Of a DNA stretch of 64,000 nucleotides, positions 13,001 through 27,374 are shown in pieces (within the stretch, counting starts at the first letter, position 1; each line of letters starts with the position of its first letter). The notes beneath the pieces are model-generated. The model saw only the letters and a list, made by a program, of their open reading frames with translations. It was not told where the DNA came from and ran no database searches. Position numbers and translations under genes: made by a program. Source of the DNA: Phoronis australis (lineage: Eukaryota > Animalia > Phoronida); NCBI GenBank assembly GCA_002633005.1, contig NMRA01000064.1, positions 62,001-126,000 on the forward strand. Reading direction: 5' to 3'.

Positions 13001-16000
13001 TGACATATCACCTACGGTACCTCTGTCTTCTTTTCGACTAGTAATGACCTTGTGATGCCTACATCATTTATGTATTTTTCGAGACATAAGTCTCGACTCT
13101 TTAAGTTAGACCAGTTTCTTCATTTTGTTGAAATTTTATTTTCTGCCCAAGTCATTTAACTCCAGATGTATCTTAAATTTGTGTCACTGAAACCATTACT
13201 TTTATTTGATTTTTGTTACTCATTTCAAATTTATGTGCATGAGCTCTTCTTTCTAGGAAAATTTCAATGTCAATACTAGAGATTCTATTGTAACAGGCCA
13301 TGCGTAAACTGTTGGATGGCTGCCACTAAATATTTCCTGATTGGTTTTATTCACCTGTTACTAAGAACACTAATTTTCTCTTAAACTCATCCGGACAATG
13401 TCTTGTACTTAACATGCCATGTGTTAACGGTCCTCAGTAATGCTTTTTATAAGCCATTGTTAAATTTTAAAATTATGATTCATTTGTACTTTTGCAAGTA
13501 GTGCGTTAGTGAATGGGACATGGTTCTCCCTGATTGTGGGATAACTGGAAAACCTGGCGTNGAGACATAAGTCTCGACTCTTTTAAGTTAGACCAGTTTC
13601 TTCATTTTGTTGAAATTTTATTTTCTGCCCAAGTCATTTAACTCCAGATGTATCTTAAATTTGTGTCTCTGAAACCATTACTTTTATTTGATTTTTGTTA
13701 CTCATTTCAAATTTATGTGCATGAGCTCTTCTTTCTAGGAAAATTTCAATGTCAATACTAGAGATTCTATTGTAACAGGCCATGCGTAAACTGTTGGATG
13801 GCTGCCACTAAATATTTCCTGATTGGTTTTATTCACCTGTTACTAAGAACACTAATTTTCTTTTAAACTCATCCGGACAATGTCTTGTACTTAACATGCC
13901 ATGTGTTAACGGTCCTCAGTAATGCTTTTTATAAGCCATTGTTAAATTTTAAAATTATGATTCATTTGTACTTTTGCAAGTAGTGCGTTAGTGAATGGGA
14001 CATGGTTCTCCCTGATTGTGGGATAACTGGAAAACCTGGCGTATGGCAAGTGCTTGCTTGGAACCTCACGGAAAATGAAAGGACACCAACCTGTGGAAAA
14101 TTTCGTTGTCATATGAACAGAGAATCCTGCACTCGTCTTAAGTTTATGACATGGGCAAAACCTCTTGGAAATTTCGTAAAATCCTGAGACTTGCCGAGAA
14201 CGCATTATGCTGTCGTCCACATCCGTCTGGCTTCCGCTGCTCTATCTCCAGAACCTGTCGACGTATGTTCATGAAATTTTGCACGTGTTCGTCATGGATG
14301 GGATGGCATGAGTGAACTTTCGGAGGGATCCGACCACCGGTGTGACCCCTAGTGACAATTTTATTTTTTGTGTTTACCTTTGTATCTTCAAAGGTCCTCA
14401 ATGGATTTTCATAAAATTTGGCATATAGGCATCTATCAGAAAGATGATTCTGTCCCTCCGTTTTCGAATGGATTCAAGTTATTTTGTGCCACCTTTTGGC
14501 CATATTTACTGTTTTTGAGTCAGTCCTGTATCAACCAAATCGCTCTAAGGATGGTTGTGAAAATTTTCTTGTATATTCTTACCTTCTATGATGAATTCAA
14601 CTACTGTGGCGCCTCCTAGTGGCAGTTTTGTTTTGTTTTGTTTTGCGCCCATGACTGTATCTCCTAAACGCACTGCAGAATATTTATTAAATTTAGAAAG
14701 TGTATTTATATGAAGTTAACAACAGACAACGACGACTTTCAGATGGATCCTACAAACGCTGTGCCCCCTAGTGGCAATTTCTTTTTTTCCGTTTTCTTTT
14801 TTCCTGAAGTTCCTTGACAGATTTTTATGAAATTTGTTAAATAGCTCTCTATTTAAGAAACGATTAGTAAATACATAAGCGCTCAGGTTGGCTAGTAGTG
14901 AAATGTATCAAATAGACACAGAAAAATCAGGAACCCTTACTCGGAATCAAACCACAGGTCTCTAGATTGCCAGTCTAGTGCTTAGTGTCTATGTATTAAC
15001 TATATGTAATTAACACATACTGGTAAGTTGCTGATTGCATATAATTATCCAAATCTCATGTGAAAAAGGCATAATGCCGCTCATGGGATGTATGACATAA
15101 CACTTGGCTGTAAATAGTAATTGCACATATATCGGGTCCTCAGTAGCTCAGTGGTAAGAGCACATTTGTGGGTGCATTTCAATGGTCCGCGTCACTCTTG
15201 TTTATACTTGGCAACACGTATTAGGAAAAGGTAGTTCATTTCTACTTTCTGTGAAAAACATAAATTATATTTTGGATATTGAAGTATTGGAAAATCATGA
15301 AAAATGAAACCACAATAAGAGTGGAAACTATGCGGGAGATTTTTGAAATGCTTGTGTCAAACAATCACATGTGACTAATCAGTACCTACTGCTATATATC
15401 GGTATTAGGAGGTACTTTGATTTTTCAGCTGTTGGCATGGGAGCCACACTTTGCTTTATTAATTGGAGCTGTACTTAAATCTCATCAATTTAGGGCGTAA
15501 TATGGCAAACAAGTGAAATTCTGTATGTGATCATAATTCTTTAAAAGATAGGCTTCACTAAGCTGATGTTTTTCCATGTATACCATAATTACCATAACAT
15601 GATTTTTAAAAAATGTAACAATTCCTAACAATGCCATAAGCACTTGAACAATGAAAAGAGACAATTTTGGCAATAATTTTTTTACGAAATTAGTGAGATT
15701 TGACGGCAATTTTCACAAACTTGGATTTGCGTAATTTTCATTCACTAGAGTACAATAAAAATCGCAGATACCTTGTGTTATTTCTCCACTGATCATTTGA
15801 AAATAATCTTTAAAATTAATGTAAGTCTTTGCCTTATTGCAGACATCCTACTTCTACTGCCGTTTGGATGACAAGTGTTCCCTACTGCTCCATCTTTTGA
15901 GAAACGTGGTCAAAGATGGACACCAAACTGTTGTGTTTGTAGCCACTAAGCACCACGTGGAGTATCTTAACCAAGTAAGTTTATGGCGCAACTACTCGTT

Positions 16001-19000
16001 ATTGTTCGCTAATTTTGCTCAAGAATTAGTTTCCAGAAACGTGGAATGTTTGAAATTGTTACAAAACTCATATGATATGTCTCTAGCAGATGATCGGTGG
16101 AATAATGTGACTCAAAGGTTGAGCGATAAATCTGTGACCAACAGAGGTCATTCTAAGAGAAACTTAGGTTGGAAATGAAAATCCGAAACATTCCAGACGG
16201 ACTATCTGTGAAATAGACACTATATAGATTGTAGTATAATGTCACCAGATTTTGACAAAAATAATTGACTTCAGCTTACTACGCTCGCCAACAGTGAATA
16301 GTGTTGTGTGATACATGACTATGCTTGTATCCTATGATTGGCTAAAATGTATCGTATAAGGTGATGTTGACCAGCCAGCTGTGGAATATATGTCTTCATT
16401 CATGCTTCCTGGACATCTGATGTTGCTGTTCCTACTCTGGCCTCTTACAGGTTGTACAAACCATAAACCCAACATTATAAAAAGCAAGGAGACAATGACA
16501 GTATATCAAATCTGGTAACAACATGTCAAGACGAAGAAATGAGATGACGCTTCTGTCGTCATATAGTAGCAGATATATACTGATCCAGAGAGAGAAATGC
16601 TAACTGAAACTGAAGGCCCATGTGACCTGATATCATCCTGAGGATTGGATCGCATTTGCATTATAACCTCTCTCCCCAAACTTTCAGTTGCTGGGTCAGG
16701 CAGGCATCCCCTGCTCGTACATCTACAGTTCGCTGGACCAGACGGCCAGGAAGATCAACATTGGCAAGTTCCAACACAAGAAGACCAATGTTCTGCTAGT
16801 CACTGATCTCGCCGCCAGGGGTATCGACATCCCCATGCTTGATAACGTCATAAACTTCCATTTCCCTGCCAAGGGCAAGCTGTTTGTACACAGAGTCGGT
16901 ATGTGCTTCTTGTCGGTCACCGACCTTTTAATCTCTCGTTCTGTTGACACTCCTAGTAATAGTCCTGCATTTTGAAAACCACTTTTTTGGTACTGAAGAG
17001 CAGGCATCAAACTGGTTCTCAAAAAATCTTGGACCCCTATAAGTGACTATTGCCATTATCCCTATGTTGCAGTGGCTCTCTTGGTTTGTTTTTATTTATC
17101 GACCCCTTGATGAGGTGATGGTTTTACCTTCTGAATGTTTGCCTTGTGGAATCAATAGGTGATATGGTGTTCTATATGTGATCATGATAATTTTGTAGAA
17201 ACAAGAAAGTAAGTAGAGTACATGCCTAAGGTAATCAGACAAAGTATCATTTCTTTGTCAAGACAAGTAATGACACATTGAGATATATGAGCTGTAGTGT
17301 TAAAAGGGTTACAAATATTTAAATAAAATATGTTGTCATTAGTATTAGTTTAGATAATAACTTGCCTATTTCCTGGGTTAGTGTGTTTTCCTGTGGGAGA
17401 CATTGACCTATTTATAGTGCATGAACATTCGGCAAGCACTGTGTCTGACTTTTTCAGGTCGAGTGGCGCGCGCTGGTCGTACTGGCACAGCCTATTCATT
17501 TGTCTCCCCTGATGAAACAGCACTTCTGCTTGACCTTCATCTGTTTCTTGGACGACCTTTAAAAATGGCATGCACAGAGAAGGGTAAGAACTGACACTGA
17601 AGATGATTAAAAATCTTACATGATTGGTGACTGTGAATGCATTTGATTGATTTTGCTGGTCCGGCTAGGACAACTGGTTAAGACGTCTGGTTGGTTGGAA
17701 AGCCAGAAGTTGCCATGGAGAAGCAATCAACTGTATAAGCCAGTTGACGTTGACAAACCTTCAAGGAGAGTCAGTTGCTAGTATTGTGTGGTGTAAAAAG
17801 CTGATGCCATTTGACAGTCACTTACCTTTTCCATTGTTCCACTTCTGTTTGTAGCAGTTAGTTTAGACTAGTTGAAAGTCTGAGTCCTTCGTCTGCTCCC
17901 CACGACTGTACATTGGTCACCGTTTATGGCATGTTTGCTGAGTTTGAATTTAGAACACAGGAGTGGAACATTTTATGACCCTTCAGTTTTAATTTGGATT
18001 TGGATGTCCTAAATTTTGGAGACTTTCCATCATGTGTCATTTCGACACATTGTTTGGCTTATGTACAAAGTGAACGCCACTGATGATATCATTGCTACCA
18101 TATACTCCACTAACTGTAAAGATTGGTCCTCATTTCATATGTCAATGTCCTTTACCCCTGTTTCCAAAGGTAAGCCCTGGCATATATTTGGGTTACTAGA
18201 AACTTGTGAAAATTTCCAAATATACACCCTGTGGTTAATTTGTACAAATTATTAGAAAACATAGTAATTGTTAGCAAATTTCTACTACAGATGATGGTCT
18301 GTTTGGATGTGTGCCACAGTCCTTACTGGATGACGTGCATGAAGAGATCCATGTTTGGCACAAGACGTCATCTGACCTGGTAATAAATCATATATATTTG
18401 TATATCTTAGATTCTTTTCCATGCCATAAAAGTGATACTCTTTGTTAAACTTTTAACTTTTAATAGATTTTAGAGCATTTTTCTACAAAAGCCAAAATTT
18501 GAGTCTGAGCAAGATATTTGAGTTTTTCCTTTAAAATCATTTGACTAATAGCCATTCGTATCATTTTTATTATAATCCCAATCCTCTGAATTTAAGCCCT
18601 CATCTCGAGTCATTGTTGAATGTATTGGTTCCATTCCAGTTCATTTTCATTGTTTTACAGCAGGTACATAATCCAAAGAATAACTAATTATAAGTGTTGT
18701 CTAATCTTTAGCAAAACATGAAGAAGGTTTGCGCTAATGGTTATAAAGCCTACCTGCGTTCAAGGCCCTTGCCATCAAAGGAATCGGTCAAACGATCTAA
18801 AGAACTGGACATCGCAAAGTTGGCAATTCACCCTGTTTTTGGTGAGTAGCTTGGTAGGATGAAATTACAATTTTGGATGTGTTTTGGAAGTATCCAGGTG
18901 TGGGTTACGTAGATTGTTTTGCAAAAATCAAAAGCGAGAAATCACCATGTATGACATGTGAGGCAGGTGTCTGATCGCACTAGCTTCTTCTTGTGTCTAC

Positions 19001-22000
19001 AGAGCTCAGCTCAGAGCTTATTGTGAGCCACTTCAGATCCCAGTTAAATCCTACTAATTGGTTCTCAACATTTTTCTGAAGATGAGCATACACCAACAGG
19101 TGGTGTAGAAGTTTGACAAAGTTGGCAGCAGTTGTTGATCCTAAAATAAGCCCAGATTTGGAATTTTCTTTCGTAATACTTCATCAGATTAATGATAATG
19201 CGCACATGGATATTGTGTCTTACTAATGAATGCTTGTTCTCTGTGAAGGTAATGTAGGAGTAAGACTAATGTGTTTAGCTAAATATCTGCAAAATTACCG
19301 TAATAGATTGTAAATCGGGAAAAGTAATAATTTCTGGAAGTTCAAAGCCTGTACAGTTTGATGTTTGGCTTTATACCAACATCTGGTATTAATTGGGTCG
19401 CTTGACAATGTGTTGTTATTAAAATTTTCAAAAGAGAAAGATGAACCCATAGTAATACAATGGTATTAATTGCACAAACAGAACGTCATGTGATGTAAAG
19501 TTACACGATGATAACTCAAAAATGCTGTTTCGGGTTTCTAAATTATTTCGTTTTTGTTAATAAGTGCAACTTTTTCATAAAATTCTTAAAAGTCCTATTG
19601 TGATAGCCACTTATACAAAAGTGCGACATTTTAAAATAGAACAGTGTATTAAGCATGGAATGTGAAAACTTCATATAAATCTGACATTTCAAAGATATGA
19701 TGTTCAGAAATTTGCCACATTTGGACATTTTTCTAGTCTCTTGCATCATCTTAATTAAGTGCCTCTCTTATGTGTAGTTCATCCATTGTGTTATATTGGT
19801 AGTCCTAAAGTATACACAGCACAGTTGGATCAGTTGACCCATCGTGTTATATTGGTAGTCTTAAAGTCTATACAGCACAGTTGGATCAGTTGACCCATCG
19901 TGTTATATTGGTAGTCTTAAAGTATACACAGCACAGTTGGATCAGTTGACCCATCGTGTAAACTCATTCCCTATTCAGATGAGAACGAGATTACGCGTGT
20001 GGAGTCTTAAGGACAATAACTTATTGGTGCTTTCATTGTGATTAGAGCAAGAGACTGTAATGTTGTGAGTTGTGTTGAATTGTCTGACATTAACATGCTT
20101 CTTGTTGATACAGGGACTGAAGAAAATGAATTACAGAGGATACAGATACTGGACAGTATGAAGAACTACAGACCTAGTTCGGTGAGACATGAAGGTGTTG
20201 CCTGTCTGGCTTGATTAAGATAATTAGTACTCTATTATGCAGCGTGAATAGGTGCACGGATTGTGACAAGTGAAACCTTATTTTCTCATTTTTTCCAAAA
20301 AATACGTATTACCAAGTTATTGCTCTCCTGTGTTCAAGATCAGCACAACAGCTACAACTAGACAATATCTTGAAAACTTGCGAAATAAGAAAAATTTCGG
20401 CAATTATTTTTGTTTAGAATTGGTTTTACTGTACTATGTGTTTTGAGATTGCAACAAGTTGATTGGAAGGGGCAGAGAGAGTTATCTTCGGTGAAGTAAT
20501 TGTATCTTCTGTATCAGCAGAAATGATATCAATTGAAAGTCAGTGAACATGTTGGTAAATGAATGCCTTCAGATGTAGCTGAAATAATGACTGATATCAT
20601 GGTACTGGTGACTCTTATCTCCACCTGGTTGTACCAGGAGGTACTAACTTCTTCTTTGTAGCGGTTGGAATTGGGGTACATTTCGACGAAAAAGATCCTT
20701 TTACAGACAGTGTATGTATTAGACGTGATGTGTTTTAAACAAGAGTTAAATTGCCTCATTGTCCTCTAGAGGACACTAAAGTCTAGTCCCATGTGATCAG
20801 TTGTTATTTAAAGGTCTCCTGTTACAATGCCTTGATGGTTTGGGCTGCCCAGTGCTTTTTAATTAAAATTATCATATTATACTTTTGTTTTGTCCATTAG
20901 ACAATTTTCGAGATAAACTCCACAATGAAGAACAGTGCATTTGGTGTGATGAAGACCAAGCGAGACAAACATGAGCAGACAATTGAGGCCAGAATGAGGC
21001 AAAGGCAAGAACAGACGTCTGCCACCAAGGAGAGCAGACAACAGGAGTCTGATGAGCTTGACATGGAGAATATTGAGGTACTGGTCAACTGCAAGGGAAA
21101 ATGTATCTAAGTTAGTTTGCTAAAATCTGCCCAATTATGGTGCAAACTTATACCAAAGTTGCCTGTTTTGAAATATTTCCTTTTTCAAAATGCTTCTAAT
21201 TGAATGCAAATATTTTTTCACTTGGTATTACAATGGTACTTGTGGTATGGAACTTGAAACTTGGTAGGATAATCAGTTTTTCACCATAAGATTACTAGAA
21301 ATGAAACAACAAAACTTTTCACGATAATATTCATTATTTGGATATACCATATGAATGTAATAATAAAAAAGTTGGTTTTTGATTTTATTCTTGAAAATGG
21401 CGCCTTCTTAATTTTACAATTCTTTTTGTTTTATTTGTTCAACATATTGAGTCATAGCTTTTTAAAACTGCTTAGACATAATTATTTCTGTTGTTGTCCG
21501 AGTGGAATTTTGTCAAATCTGTGAAAAGAATGAGAATATTGGGAAGGAGGTTACTAGTTGCTGAAACTCATCTGTCAATATTTGCAGTATACATGATGAT
21601 AGCTTATAGATGAAGGTAGCAAAGCAGAAATAAACGAGTTTCAAAGATTATTTGATGTTCAGAAAAGTGTAAATGGACATTATCAGGCGATAAAAGGGAT
21701 TTTCTGAGATCAGCAAATCAAACCTGCAATTCCTTGGTCACTGCCTAATACTCTGCTATCCAGACTAAATCCCTGTCTAAGGTGTCAGAGTATTTTAAGT
21801 TAAAACTGGTAAAGTGACCAACCTTGATTTCAGTGGATGTTAGGCAAACAGCACTGAGGCCAACAACACTGAGGCCAACAACACTTAGGCAAACAGAACT
21901 TAGGCAAACAACAGCAAATCACAAAAAGAATGAATTTTGTTGTTATATCTCTGGTCAAAGCTACTAACTTCAAGAAGTCTATCCCATCCAGCAATAATCA

Positions 22001-25000
22001 CAAAAATGCATCTGTAACATCATATCATGGTAATGCTTGTGATTCGGTGTAATGTTTGTACGGTGTAATGGTTTTCAGTTTCAGTTTTCATTCTGCAACA
22101 TTCAACTTGTATCTCTTTATAATTTTCTTTTAGAGCGCTTTTTCTAAGGTTGTGGCACCAAAACGCAAGCTTGACACGGGAGATAACTTCCAACCAAGGC
22201 AGAAGAAAAGGAAAAGGAAAAACATCCAAATTCGTGACGAAGAAAACTTCCTTCAGTACAGACCCAGCGATTACCAAACAGAGAAAGGGTAAGGTCACAA
22301 TATGACCTTGATGTTGAGCTCAGTCTCATGCCACCAACAAATAATTCAAAGTATCCAGTCTGTTAGACAAGTTTAGACAGCGTTGTGAAAGTGATCTCGG
22401 AATATTTCTTGCTCCAAGAAGTGACTTTTATATCATTTGACAAACTGACAGTAAGTGATTGAGACCATGTTAGGTGCTCTGTGGTCTGTTTTATAAAACG
22501 TGACTCAAGACAGAAATTTGGTCTTACGCTACACTTAGTTATTTCTGAAAAATAATTAAGACTCACTTCAGCAAACAAATAAAGTATCTCAGAACATACC
22601 CATAATTGTATTAACTGATAAGCTATTACTCATGTCTAAAATGATGGAATAATGTTGAAATATTTCTACGATGATCCGCCTTCTTGTGACTATGTGGCAT
22701 TGTCGTCTGGACGAGTTTATTTTTTTCCTGATAAGGTGGATGTATATTTTTATTATGTGTGAACAGCGGCAGATATGCTTTCATTAATAAACTCATAAGC
22801 TTTACTTTAATATTGAGAAAATGTGTACAGTGTTAATTATTTCTAGGCATGACTAAACCTTTATTTGGAAACCATGAAATGAGAGCGCAAGACCAAATTC
22901 CTGTCTTGAGTCTTTACTCACTTTCTTGAAGCAGGCCCCTGAAGGGGTAATAAACTGCCAGATGAGTTCTTTCCTATATCAGTCATCCTTGCTAATCTGA
23001 GTGAAGAGAAATTTATAATGGCAACTGGTCTTAATCATAAGTTAAGCGTTTTATGGAAAGGAGGTTTATAGCAACTTACTGAGAGATCTATTGGAGTCTA
23101 CTCATCCAGTTACCTGAAACAACTTACATATATCCAACATGTTTGATTTTTTCAGGTTTCTCTCATAGAATAAATGCACATTTGTGTTTCCAGCATTGCG
23201 AACAAAATACACTTTGTGGTGTTCATATAGTCAATAGCCCAGTATTCACCGCACAATGAAAATTGCTTATAGTCGGTGTAATAATGTTGCTGTAGTCTGT
23301 CCAGTCGCTGTGGGTGTGAATGAATTTCCTGCGAATTTGTTTGAGAATAGAAGACATGTTGCCCATTCCATACCCTCTGTCAGAAATTCTTGTTTTTCGT
23401 GAAAACCTTTTCCTTCGTAGTGTGACCTGTCCCAGTTTTAATGTGGAAAAACAGAGACATCGGGCAACTTTTGGTCCTAAAAAGCTGGTACATGATGATC
23501 ATTGTAAACACTTAGAAAAATAAAGGCTACTGATTAGTTACCGAAGATAACAATGTACGTTAACCACAATATTCGATAACCAATGTCCCTAATTTTATTT
23601 CACATTGTTTTGTGCAGTCGTGATTTCTTTGTGACCGTAATTCAACTCGCGTCTTTAGAGAAAGTTAACCATCATATGTCTAGTTTGCTGTGATGATGAC
23701 TTTGGAGGTTTTTACAAATACTCCACGCATCATTCCCAGTAACGTACAACAAAGCCAGCTGTGTAAGAGTGAGGCAGTATGGTGCGTCATATGAGATGGT
23801 TGAAATCTAACAAAAGGTTACATTCTTTTCCCTTTATTGTTAAAATGTGGTTGTATTGATTCAGACTTGGTCTGCAGACATCATTTGAAAGAGAGGCTGC
23901 CGGAGCTGTTCTAGACTTGACTGGCGATGATGAGAAACAAAGTCAGAAGATGAAAAACACCATGAAGTGGTAAGAGATGTTGAGTCGCGAGTCATTTAGC
24001 GGTTCATGGATTTTTTAGGGTATCAGCTGCGGTGTAATTTTTTGTTATTCACTCTTAACTTACTAATAATTTTACTGTACTGTTGAAAATTTAACTTTTT
24101 TGGTTTCTCTCCTTCACGTTTACATAATTCATATGATTGTCTAAGAATAACTTCAATCTCTAGAAGCAATCTCGAATACTGAAAGTTACTTTAACCCAAT
24201 TTCTTACATCATTTTTTAAAATGCGCTTTGGTCGTGTGCGCAAAACTGATTGGTAATGGTTGCTTAAAGTGTCGAATCCATGCTCATTTTGCTGCGACTA
24301 GATAAAATGCGCCAAAATACCTGTTTTTTTCCTCCGACATTACTGGCTTTTAATTGAATTTCTTCCTTCTAACGTGCACACAATCAAACCAAAAGAAGTC
24401 TCACCTCTGAACATGTCCCACATAAGCCGTGAGCTGGTGCTGTGCACGTGTAATTTGGTATTAAGGTTTTTGCATGCCTTGCAGGGATAGAAAAAAGAAG
24501 AAATATGTATCTATGAACAAGGACATGGAACAGAAGAAGAAGATCCGTACAGAGTCGGGTGTCTGGATTTCAGCCTCGTACAAATCTAATGCGTATCCTT
24601 GCAAAATCATCATTCTCTGCCATACCTGGGTTTCCATTTATTGCAGGACCCGTTTTTTCAAAAGTTGCACTATCATTTAGATAAACACAGTGGCTTCATG
24701 CATCACATTTCAGTTGGAGATTTAATTATTGATTGGTGATGCTAATGAAGAAGGGTCTTATTTCTAAATATTAGACGGATGTTCTACATTGATGGGATAA
24801 GGCCTTATGTAACTACCAGAGTACATTCACTTGATTCCACTCGCACCACTTATTACACTCCAGTGATGTAGCTACCAGGATTATTGCCCCACCTAGTGTC
24901 CAACTCTTAAGTGATTCCCACAGTCCATTCCCCATTCATCTGACACCAGCATTGACTTCAGTGCATAAACATATTATGAAGTCCAGCTTAGCTGTAAATT

Positions 25001-27374
25001 AAAGTTGCATTTGGTGTCCATGTACTCAAGATATGTGATATCAGACAAAGGAAACATTTTCAGTAGCAAATACGACATAACAACAAACTAGTAAACCTCC
25101 CAAACATTTCTGAGCTGAGATTGACAAGAAAAGAATGCTATTTTATTAATGTTAGCTTTTCAAAATTTAGTGTCAGCATTGTAAAACACTTTATTATAAT
25201 TATAGTAAAACTTTGCTAGCATCAGAATTAGGAATGTCATAATAGTTTTGTTGTAAAATAGTGATAAGCATGACAGCTGTGCGCTGCTGCCAGATGAGTG
25301 CCTTACTGGTGCATTGTGGGTAAATACTGCAGAGTACAAAAGGGTGCGGTGGTATTTTAGGGTGTTGTTAGTCGCCTGTTCTCAAGTAGTAGGTGGTCTA
25401 ATTAAAAAATTAGTGTTTTTGTTGTTGGAAATTGCTGAAAGTTTGGTAAGTCTCCTTTTGACGCCATAACTATGTCCGTGTAACTGACTGTCACTATCCT
25501 TAACAAGGCTGCAGGTACAAAGACTGGATGAATAAGACGAAACAAATGAGCCAGGATAGCGATGACAGTGGTGACGAGGGGACTAAGAAGGGACGGAGAG
25601 GCAAGGTGACGATACTGGGTCACAGAGGTGAGGCTTGGTTCATATCATATGATGGCATACATTACATGAGACTGATGTTATAGTCATTTCTCCTTAACGT
25701 TTGTAATTGTCCAATGGCTTGTGATTAGATGGCTATGTAATGTGATTAGTAAACCTTATTTTGTTACCTGTTTGTGAATGAATAGTGCAGGTAGAAATTT
25801 TTGATAGTCACCAATTTAGGACACAATATGGCGGACAGATGGAGTTTATTTTCCCTCTTTTCTATAAAAGATATTTGGCACCAAACTAATGCTTTTTCAG
25901 ATTTTTTGAATATGTAATCTCCTTTGGAAATTGTTTGAAGATCAAAAATCAGATAGATTTTCTTAACCAACCTTGTGGTTTAGCAGTGACCTGCAGGCAG
26001 GGGCAAAAAGTATTTTCTACAGGAATTGGTGCCGTGGAGGCATAGTCTTTATAAAGGACTTGTTTTCCCCAGACGGTAATATTTTGAACTATAGATTTAT
26101 TGGGGATGTTTTAGGTATCAAAACAAACTTTATGGAGTATAATAGTCTTCTAATTTCAGTGATATTTAAGTACCAACAGAAACGTGGTATTGATACAGTT
26201 GTTAGTTTTGATGCATATTGTCCTGTTATGCCAACGATTTTAATGAAACTGAAAAGTGGTGGGAGAGGGTGTCGACATATTTGTACACAATTAAATTATA
26301 GTTCCTAAGTCTCAAAAGCGGAGTCAAAATGGGCCAAAGAATTGAACGTAAATACAAATAATGTTTCATGGGAAGATGTTTATTCCCTTCTATATATCAC
26401 AACAAGAGACCTAAGAATTAGGTGGTTTCAGTTCAGACTCTTGACGAGAATTTTGACTACTAACTCATTTTTAAAAATAATTCAAGTTACGGATGACGAC
26501 TCTTGTTCCTTTTGTGGACAATCAAAAGAGTCTTTGAAACACTTATTTTGGGAATGTGAAATAGTAAATTCATATTGGACAAAAGTGAATAATGAAATTT
26601 TAAACAAAGCAAATCCCCAGTGTGTTGGCAGTCTCTCCTGCAACAATGTTATTGTTGGCTTTTTTGATGAAAAGGAAAATTTTAAAAACATTGTTTTACT
26701 ATTGGGTAAACAGTTTATTTATACCCAAAAGTTCGGATCAAAAAGATTACTTTTAATTAGATTTTTTAACTTCATCAAACAATACTGTATGAGTGAAAAG
26801 TATAGTGCTTGTGAGGATTTGAATTCATATTTTGTACAAAAAAGATGGTGTAATTTAATTTGAAACTGTTTTTCTTAGTAGTCAAGAGGATTAGTTGTGG
26901 GGTATGCGTGCTTGCGTGTCTATGTTGCAATGTGTTTTTGTGTTATTGTAAAATGTGCTCATTGCTAATAAATGTATAAAAAATTAATGCTTTTTCATGT
27001 TCAAGGGCTTTGAAAATGAAATAGTGCCAGGGTTGTCAATTATTTTGTTGTCTGAAATAGATGAGTTATTACTGTACGTTTGACTCGAGAGTGAGTGCAG
27101 AAACTATCAGTGTCTGTATGTGTAGTTACGTGTGAGTTCTCTGACTGTCATATTGTATTTTTATTTCATCTAACTTTCAGGAAGACAAAAGCATCTGCCT
27201 GATCAATCAAAATTCGCTGGCAATAAAAGAAAATTCAAAACGGAGCTCAAGTCCAAGGATAACATAGTGAAAGACAGGATCAAGAGGGAACAGGTGTTCA
27301 AGTCACAGAAGCGACGGCAGATTTTGCGACAGAAGAGAAAAGGTGGCGCTAGTGGTGGAAAAAAGAGACACTAA
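10052..27374 (+). CDS. DDX54: ATP-dependent RNA helicase DDX54/Dbp10 (5'-partial, spliced)
   Basis: Exons with AG/GT ends and compatible phases: 10052-10235, 15843-15974, 16688-16898, 17458-17583, 18291-18379, 18712-18841, 20114-20181, 20901-21077, 22134-22288, 23865-23969, 24485-24592, 25515-25627, 27181-27374 (TAA). They translate to RLFEMGF..LFSATLP (motif III), [22 protein letters not shown] (V), [15 protein letters not shown] (VI), the DBP10CT-like [41 protein letters not shown], and a basic tail. Exons for motifs Q-II were not found in the window. Confidence 0.95.
11193..12792 (+). mobile_element. Non-autonomous Kolobok-like DNA transposon with decayed THAP domain
   Basis: TTAA on both flanks (11189-11192, 12793-12796). 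TIRs are AGGAGAATGTCACCC and (reverse complement) AGGAGAATGCCACTC. The internal ORF at 11357 has THAP-like C..VP.CSN...[10 protein letters not shown]...KW. TTAA target plus purine-purine termini plus THAP matches the Kolobok superfamily. Confidence 0.8.
13081..14042. repeat. ~480-bp direct duplication joined at a single N (probable assembly overlap)
   Basis: 13081-13560 is nearly identical to 13562-14042, and the junction is exactly the N at 13561. Confidence 0.9.
19782..19959. repeat. 56-bp tandem repeat, 3 copies
   Basis: CCATCGTGTTATATTGGTAGTCTTAAAGTATACACAGCACAGTTGGATCAGTTGAC x3. Confidence 0.9.
24593..25514 (+). other. U12-type (minor spliceosome) GT-AG intron of DDX54
   Basis: 5' site GTATCCTT at 24593; branch point TCCTTAAC at 25497-25504, 10 nt before the terminal CAG (25514); no polypyrimidine tract. 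Splicing gives in-frame SYKSNA|YKDWMNK. Confidence 0.93.
25900..26984 (+). mobile_element. 5'-truncated L1/Tx1-clade LINE (C-terminal zf-RVT region) in last DDX54 intron
   Basis: ORFs 25973-26308 and 26342-26863 are in the same frame, separated by one stop. Motifs [39 protein letters not shown] and an A-rich end. 13-bp direct repeat TAATGCTTTTTCA at 25887-25899 and 26985-26997. Confidence 0.88.

Noticed and set aside
21591-21659. Possible intronic C/D snoRNA in DDX54 (ATGATGA...TTGA with short terminal stem)
   Set aside because: Box D is not CTGA and I could not recognise an rRNA-complementary guide. snoscan or Infernal would be needed.
25688-25698. Second U12-like branch motif TCCTTAAC
   Set aside because: No AG/AC acceptor at the proper distance, and the upstream donor is U2-type.
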